Shown here: one piece after another, positions 35,870 through 48,053 of the stretch
How positions within the stretch are numbered: position 1 is the first letter of the stretch
How the letters are laid out: each line of letters begins with the position of its first letter
Assembly (NCBI RefSeq): GCF_038025025.1
Contig: NW_027117340.1
Location: 1,054,001-1,118,000 of the forward strand
Length of the DNA: 64,000 nucleotides
Direction of reading: 5' to 3'
Source: Phyllosticta citribraziliensis
Taxonomy: Eukaryota
The notes under the pieces: generated by a model
What the model was told of the DNA's origin: nothing
What the model saw: the letters and a program-made list of their open reading frames with translations, nothing else
The model's database searches: none
Made by a program: the position numbers and the translations under genes

Positions 35870-37398
35870 CTACGTTTTCGAGGTGGAATCCCCTTCTCTT
35901 CTCACGTCAACCAACACTAGCAGAATGAAGACTCCTGTCGTCAGCTGAAAGGGGGCACAAGTCAGTCAAGAATCTCAAAGCACGCCACAAGCCCAAGCTC
36001 CTCCCCCTGTCCCATTCACGCCAGAGCCACCAGAACGAGCAGCACGACACATACCAGCAAGCTGCCGACCATGATGACCAGCACCTCCCAACCGCCCGCC
36101 AGGACCTTGCCCCTCACGATGGCGCTCTGTTGGCGCCAGAAGCGGAACGCGCCCAGCAGCGCGACGGCAATGGCACACGCGATGAAGGTCGACGCCAGCG
36201 GGATTCCCAGCACGTAGAAGCCCAGGTGCGCGTCTGGGTGCAGCGAGTGCTGCAGGCGGAATAGCTGCGCGAGGATCACGCCCGTCATGCTCAGCGCGAT
36301 GCTGGTGCGTAGATAGCCGAGAAAGGTGCGCTCGAGGGCTGGAAGACGAGGCCCGAAGGGCGTAGGTTAGGTCTGACTGCGGTATATGAAGGGCAAAGCT
36401 TCTGATAAGGATGGGATGATAGGGGTCTTGGATTCAATCGCTCGCTTACCCAGATGATCCCTCATGCCCTTGACCTCGACCGTGACGCTGACATGGCGTT
36501 TCCACCACCGCTGCACCGCCTGCCACCACAGCGGGCCGCTCAGATTCCGCATACTGCTGCTGCCACTGCCCGTGGCACTTTGCGCCTGTGACAGAGCATC
36601 ACCGCCATCACCTCCTCCCGGCGCATCCTCGCTCCCATGAATTCGGCGCTGTGGCAACCGAGACCCTGCTCCTGACGCTGATGATGAGGAGGAAGACGAA
36701 AAGGGAGGCAGCGCAGCGAGTTCGGTGGCTTCACGTAGATTCGGGTTGCTGAGCCTTGTGTCGTCGAGCTCCTTGGGTCGCCTCTCTTCATGCTCATGCG
36801 GACCTGAGTCGATGGATTCATCGTCTGCTCTGCGTTTGCCCTTGTCTTTAAGCTTGTTCGCCTCCGGCTTGCTGGGCTGGTGCTCTTTCCCTTCTTCCTT
36901 GCTCTTGTTGGCCGTCGAAGCCGAGGAGCCAGTGCTCAATCCCGACGCCGTGTCATCGCTTGGACGACCGGTCGAGCGCTCATCTGTAGTATTTGACAAA
37001 TGAACGGGCGGCGAATCACCACGGGTTATGGTCGTTGCGACATTGGATGGAGAAGAATGCTGATCGTTATCCTCCCGTCCTTGCTCTGTTTGACCGCGCC
37101 AGCCAGCACCGTGGCCAGCTGAACGGTCATTTGAAGAATGATTTTCTTTTCTCACAGACTCCCCAGCGCCTGTCCCAGCTTCCCCAGGTTTCAGATCGGC
37201 GGCACTGGTCCCTTTGGTCGCGTGTCCGCTTATCGGAAGCGTTCCAGATGACGTGCTCGCGGGAGGCACCGCTGCAGGGACCGTGACGTCTTTGGCGGCG
37301 ACGTGGACGGCGCCATCGCTTCCATCATCTTGACTCCGTCTCTTTTCCCTGCTTGTTGAACCCTCTATTCCATCTTCTGTTCCTTCTTGATCAGGCAT
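35870..37398 (-). CDS. DUF202 (YidH-like) membrane protein with a long disordered N-terminus
   Basis: RDHL|ALERTFLGYLRTS across intron 36339-36449, followed by TM helices. Probable last intron 35945-36054 and final exon 35870-35944 (LTTGVFILLVLVDVRREGDSTSKT*). Confidence 0.8.
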
Positions 37399-38048
37399 TG
37401 TCGGCGTTGTGTCGGCTGTGCGCCAAGTCTGCGGTCGCGAGCGACAAGCATCAGCACCCTGGTGCTTCGTTGGTTACGAAGGCGCCTGGCTGCATGTTTT
37501 GCGGGGCGAAGGGCCTGTTTATGATGGCGATGGGCATGAAAAAGCCGAGATGGTGAAGAGATGGCAGAAGAAAGAGAGGGCACATGCGAGGAAAAGCTGC
37601 GCTGCTCCCACCGCTACTGCTGCGATCGCGTAGCTTAAACGCAGCGACCAGTTCTCCAAACGCACGCAGGGCGCGCAAGTGAGGCTCTGGGCCGGTCCTG
37701 TTCGCTGGCTGGTTGGCTGGCTTGCTGCACTGCGGGGATGGGTGGACTGTGAGTATTTTGTTTGGTTTCGTTTCGACATACATCCATGTCGACGCAGAGT
37801 GGTTGCCGACGTGTGACATGGCTAGTGCTGACCAAGTCGGAATCCCGCATCAGAGGTATCGCACTCCACATCATCAAAATCTCAAGATGAATAATACGAC
37901 GACTGCTCAATCCATCCAGACTCGTCTTCACAAAAGAAAGTTCCCAACGACGCCGAAACGAAAGCCGAGCTTCCTACTCGCCACGTGCAAAGAAAAGACA
38001 GGACGCTTCAACGAGCGAACCCCACTCCACTTCTGCAACGACACAACA

Positions 38049-41000
38049 TCAACCGAACCCACAACTCAAATAACGCATGAGCCTCCTCAACCTGGAGACT
38101 CCCGTTCGCTTACGTTGCTCCGCCTCATCTTCTTCAGAGTCAAACTCAAAGAAAGATACCGGCTCTGGCTGCGGCTCCCACGCATAACACTCGTACCCAT
38201 ATATCTCGCAACGTCCACAAAAAGGCGCGCCATCGCAAAGCTCCCTGGTTCCGTCGATCTCGCAAGGGACGCATACTCCTTCTCGTCGGACAATTTTGCG
38301 GTCATCTGTTCCCAATTCCGTCATGTTTCCCCCGCTCTGTGTCCTGCAAAAGGCTTTGCGGTGGCGGAGGCGACAAAACGATTTCCTTACCGACAGGATC
38401 TCTTCGCCGCCCTCGTAGCTTGATGGATATGGCGAAAAGGCCGTACTTGATCGATGACCACACGATTCGACGTCGGCAAAGGCGCGTTCAACGGGTTCCG
38501 TATCTGCAATCGTCGCGACGTCTTCCCATGAGGTGGTCGAGCTCCGACAATCGCCACTTTGTGCATCTCCTTCCTTCAAATTGGACGCTGGCGAAGGCTC
38601 AAGATGCTGTGATACGCTTGGCCGATTTCCCCACTTCTTCCACCTCGGTCTGTCTGCAGGCGCAGACATCAACGTCGCAAGCGAAAGCATCGAGCCTACA
38701 GAGCCCCTTCGATACCACGATGGCGATGGCGGTGTACGGTACAACTCGACGGGGCTGTCTGCGCGAGATCTGGAGCCAAAATTGAGACTTTCACTCTCAT
38801 CGCTGTCGCTGTCGTTTTCAGGCGCAGTGTAGTAGTCGACCTCGGACGTCATCGACCCAGACGCGCCATCACTACCACCACCTCTCAGCCTCAAACGACG
38901 GTTTGAGTGGCTTCTGAGTGGAACTCGGATACAGCAGCATAGCGAGCCTTGGCTTTCCTCTCCAATCGATCCTGTAGACGCCACTGAAACTGCTCCACCG
39001 TCACGAGCGCCATCTTTCGTGGGCAAAGTGCGCTTTTTTGCCGGACGCAACTGATCACATTCGAGCATAAGGGGGATGCACCTCTCGCACGGCCTCTGAC
39101 CCTTGTGCTCGACGTGCCCGGTGGCAGGTTCTTGGCCAAACTCGCAGTGGGTGCAGCTGCTTGACCCACGCTTGGCAGATTTGCGAGAAGACCGTCCTTT
39201 GGGCCTGAGGAGGCGCAAGTCCAGTGTCTGAGAAACGATTGTAGCGGAGGAGCTCGAGGGAGCAATGATCATGATCGAGGGGTTGCTGCTAGGAGTAACG
39301 GTGGAGTGCTGAACTTGTTCCTGTCGATCCCACAGTTCCCCTGCCTCTTGTTGACATTGCCAGTTCACAACGCGCAAATACGACTCGATTTCTGCCCTTG
39401 ATCGGCGACGAGAACGAGGAGGTTCGTGGCTTTTCGTGGCTTCAATCTTGCCTGGGAATGCTTCGGGAGCTGCTTTTGCACCTCCCTGATTGCTCCCCCT
39501 CGTAAACTCAGCGGGAACAGAAGTGTCGGCAGGCGATGTGAACTCATCATCAAAAGCACCATCGAGAAAAGCCCATGGAGCAGGCCCCGTACCGCCGTTT
39601 GGATTGGCAGTTTCGCCAGGAGGAGAGTCAGATGGTCCTGGCGAACCGTCGCCGTTCATCATGTGTGGACCGTCGCCATTCTCCATGTCCGGACCGTCTC
39701 CATTCTCCACATCCAGATCGTCGATATCCACCACGTCCGGAATGGCCCCAGACATCATGTACAGATCGTCGGGATTTATGATGTGCGTATGGTCGCCATT
39801 CACCACGTCCGGACCAGCGCCATTCACCATGTCAGGAATAGCCCCAGACATCATGTACAGATCGTCCAGGTCGTCATTCACCACGTCTGGAATGACGCCA
39901 GACATCATGAACAGATCGTCCAAATCCATCATATCCGGACCGGTGCTATACATCATGTGCGGACCGTTGCCATTCGTCATGTCCGGAACTGCGCCATTCG
40001 TCATGTCCGGGCCGGCGCCATTCATAACGTGTGGACCGTCGCCATTCATCATGTGTGGACCGTCGCCATTCATCATGTGTGGAGCGTCTCCATTCATCGT
40101 GTGTGGACCGTCACCATTCGCTACGTGCGGATCTGCTCCAATCAACAAGCGCAGGTCATCGCCATTCGCCATGGCCAGACCGCCGTCTCCATGGTTTTGG
40201 TCCTCGGGACCGTCCTGCGCCGTATTCTCCTCTCCTGTTTCGCGGGAATAGTTCGAACTGCTATCAGACTTGTCCTCTTCGTTTGCTCCCTCGACAACGG
40301 CATAATGTACAACTTGGAAGGCCGCGTGGAAATGGAGCTCGCCGTTTTGGATCTCGCCGGCAAACGGTAGTCCGTTCGGAAAATCCAAGTACACAATTGT
40401 GTCACGCGAGCGATTCTCTGGTTGCCGACTGGGTATTCGCCGTGCGCCCGCTTGATGAAAAAACGGGGACGACGAAGTATTGCCTGAGCGTAGATTCTGT
40501 CTTCGCCATCTTTGAAATTGAGTGCGCTGACTGGTATGAGTGCCAGCTCTCCTTAGCCCCTCCCCAGTTGGATTTTCTGGGTTGATGTGAGCTTGTGGTA
40601 GCTCTGGCAGCTCTGGCTCCGGCCGTGGTATTGTCCCGGGCTGGTCGAACAGAGTCACCCCATCTAGCGAGCTGGCATCTCCATACCGGTTCCTGATACT
40701 ACTTCCAGCCAGCGCTGCAGTACTTGCACCATCATGACTCTGAGATTGTGCTCGTGAAGAAGCTTGTCGACTCCGCGAACGAGATTCTCGACCACTACCT
40801 CGCGGTGGAACTCTCGTGGTACGTCCAGGATAGGGACTTCGATTTCGCGGTGGAGCTCTCGAAGCGTTTCCAGGATAGGGATTTCGATCCCGCGGTCGAG
40901 AACCGGCCCGTCCTGGAGGGCTCATCGACCTGCGTCTTCGAATAATTCGCGCCACGATGCTCAAAGCTACCACCATAAGGCTCCGAGCTACCTGATGTCT

Positions 41001-41774
41001 ATCCCCCACAAGTATGCCCGCAAGATCAAGGCCAGGACCCGATGCGTCGACGGCCGGGGCGGGAGGATCCTGACGGCGCCGCCCGCCCAACCTGCGAAAG
41101 AAGTCCCTCGTCCGACCGCCTCCTCGGAGTCTGCTGGTGAATGACGAGGGCAAGCAGCCGCGCTTTGAGTCATGGCCTAAGGCCTGGGCGACATCTCTAG
41201 CCGTCTGTTCTGCCTCGGTCTTCCCCTCGTCCTCTTCAATCAACGCTCTCGCATCTTCGTCATCTGTGTCTTTCCAACTGCGCTTACGTTGGTACAAGGG
41301 GCTGGTGGGATACGGTGAGGGCGGTCGTGGCCGACGCTGGAGGCGAGCACTGCTGCTGGAATCGGTAACGTCGTGGCTCTCATTTTCGCCCCGCGTAGAC
41401 AGCGACAAGGACCGTGTCTTGGGAAACTTTCGTGGTGGAGAGGGCATTGGAGTCAAGTTGAGACCCCCAAAAGGATGAAGGGGGTGCTGCTGTGGCGGCG
41501 AATGGCGCGGAGTCAACCTGAGGCGATCAAACGGATGGAGAGGCTGCGCCGGCGAGCGGCGCGGTGTCAGATGGTTCAGACTACGGAAAGGATACAGGTC
41601 ATCCCGCTGAGGCGGAAGATGGAGCGGCGTCAATTCCATACGTCGAAGCGGACCATACAGGATCGAGTGATTGGAATTCTTAGTGTGAGTCGGCGACGTC
41701 CTCGGGGTAACAGTCATGAGGCTCAACAGAGGCTCTGGCTCTTGAGGCTGAGGGCTTTGATTCAAGCCCTCCAT
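38049..41774 (-). CDS. Large low-complexity protein with two Zn2Cys6-like clusters, internal repeats and two LRGG motifs (probably the 3' part of a gene starting at 43534)
   Basis: 1241-codon ORF in the same frame as the upstream ORF, separated from it only by TAG at 41802-41804. Confidence 0.7.
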   Translation of the reverse strand: MEGLNQSPQPQEPEPLLSLMTVTPRTSPTHTKNSNHSILYGPLRRMELTPLHLPPQRDDLYPFRSLNHLTPRRSPAQPLHPFDRLRLTPRHSPPQQHPLHPFGGLNLTPMPSPPRKFPKTRSLSLSTRGENESHDVTDSSSSARLQRRPRPPSPYPTSPLYQRKRSWKDTDDEDARALIEEDEGKTEAEQTARDVAQALGHDSKRGCLPSSFTSRLRGGGRTRDFFRRLGGRRRQDPPAPAVDASGPGLDLAGILVGDRHQVARSLMVVALSIVARIIRRRRSMSPPGRAGSRPRDRNPYPGNASRAPPRNRSPYPGRTTRVPPRGSGRESRSRSRQASSRAQSQSHDGASTAALAGSSIRNRYGDASSLDGVTLFDQPGTIPRPEPELPELPQAHINPENPTGEGLRRAGTHTSQRTQFQRWRRQNLRSGNTSSSPFFHQAGARRIPSRQPENRSRDTIVYLDFPNGLPFAGEIQNGELHFHAAFQVVHYAVVEGANEEDKSDSSSNYSRETGEENTAQDGPEDQNHGDGGLAMANGDDLRLLIGADPHVANGDGPHTMNGDAPHMMNGDGPHMMNGDGPHVMNGAGPDMTNGAVPDMTNGNGPHMMYSTGPDMMDLDDLFMMSGVIPDVVNDDLDDLYMMSGAIPDMVNGAGPDVVNGDHTHIINPDDLYMMSGAIPDVVDIDDLDVENGDGPDMENGDGPHMMNGDGSPGPSDSPPGETANPNGGTGPAPWAFLDGAFDDEFTSPADTSVPAEFTRGSNQGGAKAAPEAFPGKIEATKSHEPPRSRRRSRAEIESYLRVVNWQCQQEAGELWDRQEQVQHSTVTPSSNPSIMIIAPSSSSATIVSQTLDLRLLRPKGRSSRKSAKRGSSSCTHCEFGQEPATGHVEHKGQRPCERCIPLMLECDQLRPAKKRTLPTKDGARDGGAVSVASTGSIGEESQGSLCCCIRVPLRSHSNRRLRLRGGGSDGASGSMTSEVDYYTAPENDSDSDESESLNFGSRSRADSPVELYRTPPSPSWYRRGSVGSMLSLATLMSAPADRPRWKKWGNRPSVSQHLEPSPASNLKEGDAQSGDCRSSTTSWEDVATIADTEPVERAFADVESCGHRSSTAFSPYPSSYEGGEEILSVRKSFCRLRHRKAFCRTQSGGNMTELGTDDRKIVRREGVCVPCEIDGTRELCDGAPFCGRCEIYGYECYAWEPQPEPVSFFEFDSEEDEAEQRKRTGVSRLRRLMRYLSCGFG
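39645..40172 (-). repeat. Coding 24-nt tandem repeat, ~20 degenerate copies (NGDGPHMM / DLDDLYMM / SGAIPDMV)
   Basis: Repeated plus-strand unit ATGTGTGGACCGTCGCCATTCATC read directly. Confidence 0.9.
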
Positions 41775-41801
41775 CTTGCATTGCAGTGAATCATAGGAAT
41801 T

Positions 41802-43534
41802 CTATCCTTCGATTGAGTCTTCCGTCGGTGCTGGATTCGAAAGCACTAGCCCTTGATTAGAGGTTCTGACTTCCGCTCCAGTTTCGCCCAACTGGAGAGC
41901 CGCACCACCTTTTGACGCGTGTGGTGAATGAAGAAGCCCAGCGCCAAGTCGAGAGGAATTTTGAGAAGAGATTCCGGAATCACATTGCGAGACAACTCGG
42001 GAACCATGACGGGAACCGTGCTGTGGCATACTTCTATTCGATGCCTCCATGTCCGCCAAAGGGTCAGGAGTTGGTAGTGACTGGACAGCCGCTGCTCTGG
42101 CATGGTCCCGCTCCGACGACGACCGGAACAACTGCTGCGGGACGTCTGAGAACGATGATTCCAGGGGACGATGAGGTGTCACCGGGCGGAGGGCGCGGTC
42201 AAGGGTAGGCATGGAAAGAGGACTCAACAAGGCGTCGCTCGACCTCTGAGTTTCCTTTACGGAAAGGTCTTCAAACTGAGACCCGATGTCTCTGAGGGTT
42301 GCATTCGTCGCTTTGCGTCTCTCCTGGTGCAATAGAGCGAAGTCTGTTGGGCTGAACGGCTCTGCCTCTGACGCTTCTTCTGGCACAACCTCTTCCGGTC
42401 CTGGGGATATCAGGTAGATTTCTTTTCCATTTTCATCCACTTCTGAATCATCGTTGATATCGGCATCTCTCGAGCGTTGGTTGATGTTGCCCAGGAGCGC
42501 CGAAATACTTGCAGTCAATCTTTCACGAATGGACTGCCCAAAAGACGGCCTGAAGACGCCACGACCGGGCTCTTCACCGACGGCATCATCATTCGGCAAG
42601 TCACTATTGCTGTGTTGCCCAGAATGCTCAAATTTTGTGTCCAGAGGATCATGGTGTGCAGCGTCCGACTTGTCCTCCTGACCATCACCTCGAGAGGTCA
42701 GGCCAGGACACTTGCTTGAGCTTGGGCCGACTTCCTGGGTATTTAGACGTTCAGGATCGTCAGCAGAATGAGGCTCCTCTCCATTTCCGCCGCCTCGAAG
42801 GATGTAAGCAATCGACATTGTGCGAAGGTGCAAGCGTTCTTCAACCGCCGGAGTCGATACAGAATCAGAACGACCTGCACCAAGCGAACCTGAGTCTGAT
42901 GTCAAGGGGGGCGGGGAGGAGCCCGGGATTTCCTTATCTGGCGCTACATCTGATGGCGTCTTTTGCTTGGTCGATCGAGTGTCATCGGGTATAGAAAAGA
43001 TTGGTGCCGCGTCAAGGGAACGCGCAGATGCAGCATCGTCTTTCTCGACCTTTTCGCCAGGAACCACGTTCTCATCTAATCTTCGCTGCGGTCGCGTTGG
43101 AATGAGTTTCCATCTCCTGTCCTCGCCATATTTTCCGTCGGCAATGGGTTTTGGAGGGACAGGATTCTTGAGCGGACCGGTAATAAAGGGACGTCTATCA
43201 GGCACTTTGTCGCATTCACAGACGCGGATACTATCGAATCAGTCAGCTTGTCCCAAACACAACGTCGAATCCCAAGAACCTACTACTTGTCCAGCTCCTC
43301 CTTATCTTCCGTGTGCTTGCCAATGAAGATGAAGGCGGCATCTTGGAGGGTCCCAAACGGTCCGTGGATCCTCTGTATATGCTGAACGAGCCTAGCAGCC
43401 GAGCGCCACTTGAAAGCGCGTTGTTTCTTCGTTTTGCAAAAGTCGCACTGGCGTTCGCACTCGCAAATGGAGAATTCACGGGCGCCGAGCCAGTAGTCTT
43501 CATTGTGTCGGTGATTCTTGTTGGGGCAAGGCAT
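41802..43534 (-). CDS. Hypothetical protein with an N-terminal C2H2-like finger and an LRGG motif (5' part of the 38049-43534 locus)
   Basis: ATG at 43534; CDFC...HIQRIH. Intron 43231-43283 (GTAGGT...GCTGAC...TAG) joins in frame to the 41802-43205 ORF; 559 aa to the TAG. Confidence 0.65.
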
Positions 43535-44247
43535 GCTCGCCGAAAGAATGACGGTAAGTCGGTACTGAGACCCAAAAACAGAATTTGTATGCGCGAATGA
43601 CGAGAGGCTGTAGAGACAGGCTGGTAGGATGATTGGAGACACGGAGGCAGATCTGCGGTTCAACCTCCGCTGTGCAAAGAGACATAGAGATGGTGCGGAT
43701 AGCGATGTAGAATGCCCTCTGAGATGCAGTGTGAGCAAGTCTCAATAATTTATTGCTGGGTGAGTGATGCGGGCTGAGAGACTAAGGACAGACGAGATGA
43801 GAAGGAATTAGATCCAAAGGGCCCGGCCCAGAGTGCAAGTAATTCCTCCCTAACCCGTCTTTGATTTGGTACCGGGGGCTTCCTTCCTTGATTGTTATTG
43901 TAAGTGCATGTGCAGAGTCCGCTGCTTGTCGCTGCCCTGGTTGGTCGTCCCAGCGAGAGTCCCTTCCTTCCATCCGAGTCTCTCAAGAGGGCTGGCATTG
44001 TCGGTAGTGGGTAGGTATCGATCCTTCCTGTATTGATTAGTCGCACAATTCCTCGTGCAGTTTGGGTCTAGAGATGAGGCACCTGACAAGATGGAACTTT
44101 GGGCGCAGTTGTTGCTCTGACCATCTGAGCTCGCCGCGTGCAGATGCTGAGCAGTGCCCCATGAAGTCCAACAAAGCACGTCTCGCAGTCACAGCGAGAA
44201 GCTAGAGGGAAAGCTCAGGTCCAAGGACCAGCCTCCTCACAGCTGGG

Positions 44248-44427
44248 CTACTCATAGGCGATTCTTGAGCACCTCATGAACTGCAATTCGTAATCTTCTC
44301 TGTCTCCCCCACGCACTTCTTTGAGTCTGTCTAGGCGCACCATGCGTAAGTGCAGAAGCATTACCGCAATGATGGCAACCACGACAAGCACGAGGCCAGT
44401 GATGACAACAGGGTCAAGCACACCCAT
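44248..44427 (-). CDS. Possible 59-aa single-pass membrane microprotein
   Basis: MGVLDPVVITGLVLVVVAIIAVMLLHLR followed by a charged tail. A branch/acceptor-like CTCAC..TTGCAG lies just upstream. Confidence 0.35.
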   Translation of the reverse strand: MGVLDPVVITGLVLVVVAIIAVMLLHLRMVRLDRLKEVRGGDREDYELQFMRCSRIAYE

Positions 44428-45783
44428 GATCTTGATCGGCTGCAAGTGAGAGAGCGACAGGAGCGTCGAGAGCTTGTAGGATAGTGAGGTGCTTGAGTTG
44501 CGTGAGTACGATGCGCTGGGCTCAGGACTCTAGGTCTGGATGTCGGCGCATCGGCACGTTGATGCTCTTGTAGGTGTGCGAAAAGTTGGTAAAGAGGACG
44601 TTCTAGTTGGAGAGGAAACTGTTTTCTGTCAGAAACATCAAAGGCATGAATTCAGGAGGATGCGCGCCTGAACTTCAAAGGATTTGATGCTTTGCTGTGA
44701 ATGTTGGCGATTGAGCGGTATTTTGGTTGGTAAGGGCGAAGACGTTGTTGGGTTGTGGCCTCAAAGTGGTGGAAGGTGTCAAGAGGGACATCCAAAGGTC
44801 CACTGTGCCTGGCTGGAGGAAGGTGTGGACCTTTCAGGAGGCTTCGGCCACCTCGACGATGACCACTGCAGACAGTTCCGAACACGTCAATATTAACACC
44901 TTCGAGGAGAAGGTAATTCGAAAGATGCATTGTAGAAATAAGAATCCTCCGCGATGTGAGTCTCGCAGATTCCAAGCAAGCAGTCTAATGACCCACCAGC
45001 TCCAGCAGCCTGCCCTATCGATTCACCTCCAGCAAACACAGATGGCTCCAGACTGTGCTCACCAAGTCTTTTTGATCTGGCTCGCGGCAGAATGCTCCAG
45101 ACCACCTGCACTCGCACCACCGCAGTGTGACCTCTAAAGCAAGACAGCAGGACTTCTCTGTGGGAAAGCTATGACGTGCTTGCCTGGGCTCGTAGACTTA
45201 GAAATGAAGTAGCTTTTTGCAAAGCGGAAGCGAACGAGAGAAGGCTACTTACTGTACCTGTGTTTTGATTGAGCCATAGAAGAGTTGGAAGAATTTAACA
45301 AGGGATATGCGGAACCAATTGATACCACATGGTAAAAGAAATGGCAGCGCCCTGGCTTCATCCACAGAGCGAAACAGCTTGCTGAGCCGCTAGGCGTCAG
45401 GTCCTTTGGCAACCACAGTAACAATCATGCGCTCACAATCGGGCAGGGCAGCCAAACACAATAGGCAAAGAGCAGTCTACGTGGTAGAATCAAGAAATAT
45501 GATTGTGTCATTCATCGCACCCTTCTTCGCGTACTTTTTGTTGCCTCCTGGGTACCAAGCAAGTACCTCATAGCGGAGTCGACCCGCTCAATCCCATGAC
45601 GACCGGCGGAAAGAGACCCCCAGGGTGCATATTCAAAGCCATCATGAAATTTTTTGAGCCCAAAACGCACCCGCATGTCTAGAAGAAAGAAGCAGCTCGT
45701 AGAGTAGTAGTGAAAAAAGCAGAAGAAACCCAGAAACCCCGCTCCGCTCCGGCCAACCCTTCAACCGTGCTGTGATATCAAAT

Positions 45784-48053
<2,270 letters not shown>

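Noticed and set aside
39426..40370. Antisense and alternate-frame repetitive ORFs (HHVWTVAI..., MCGPSPFI...)
   Set aside because: By-products of the stop-poor 24-nt repeat; the minus-strand frame is continuous with a much longer ORF.
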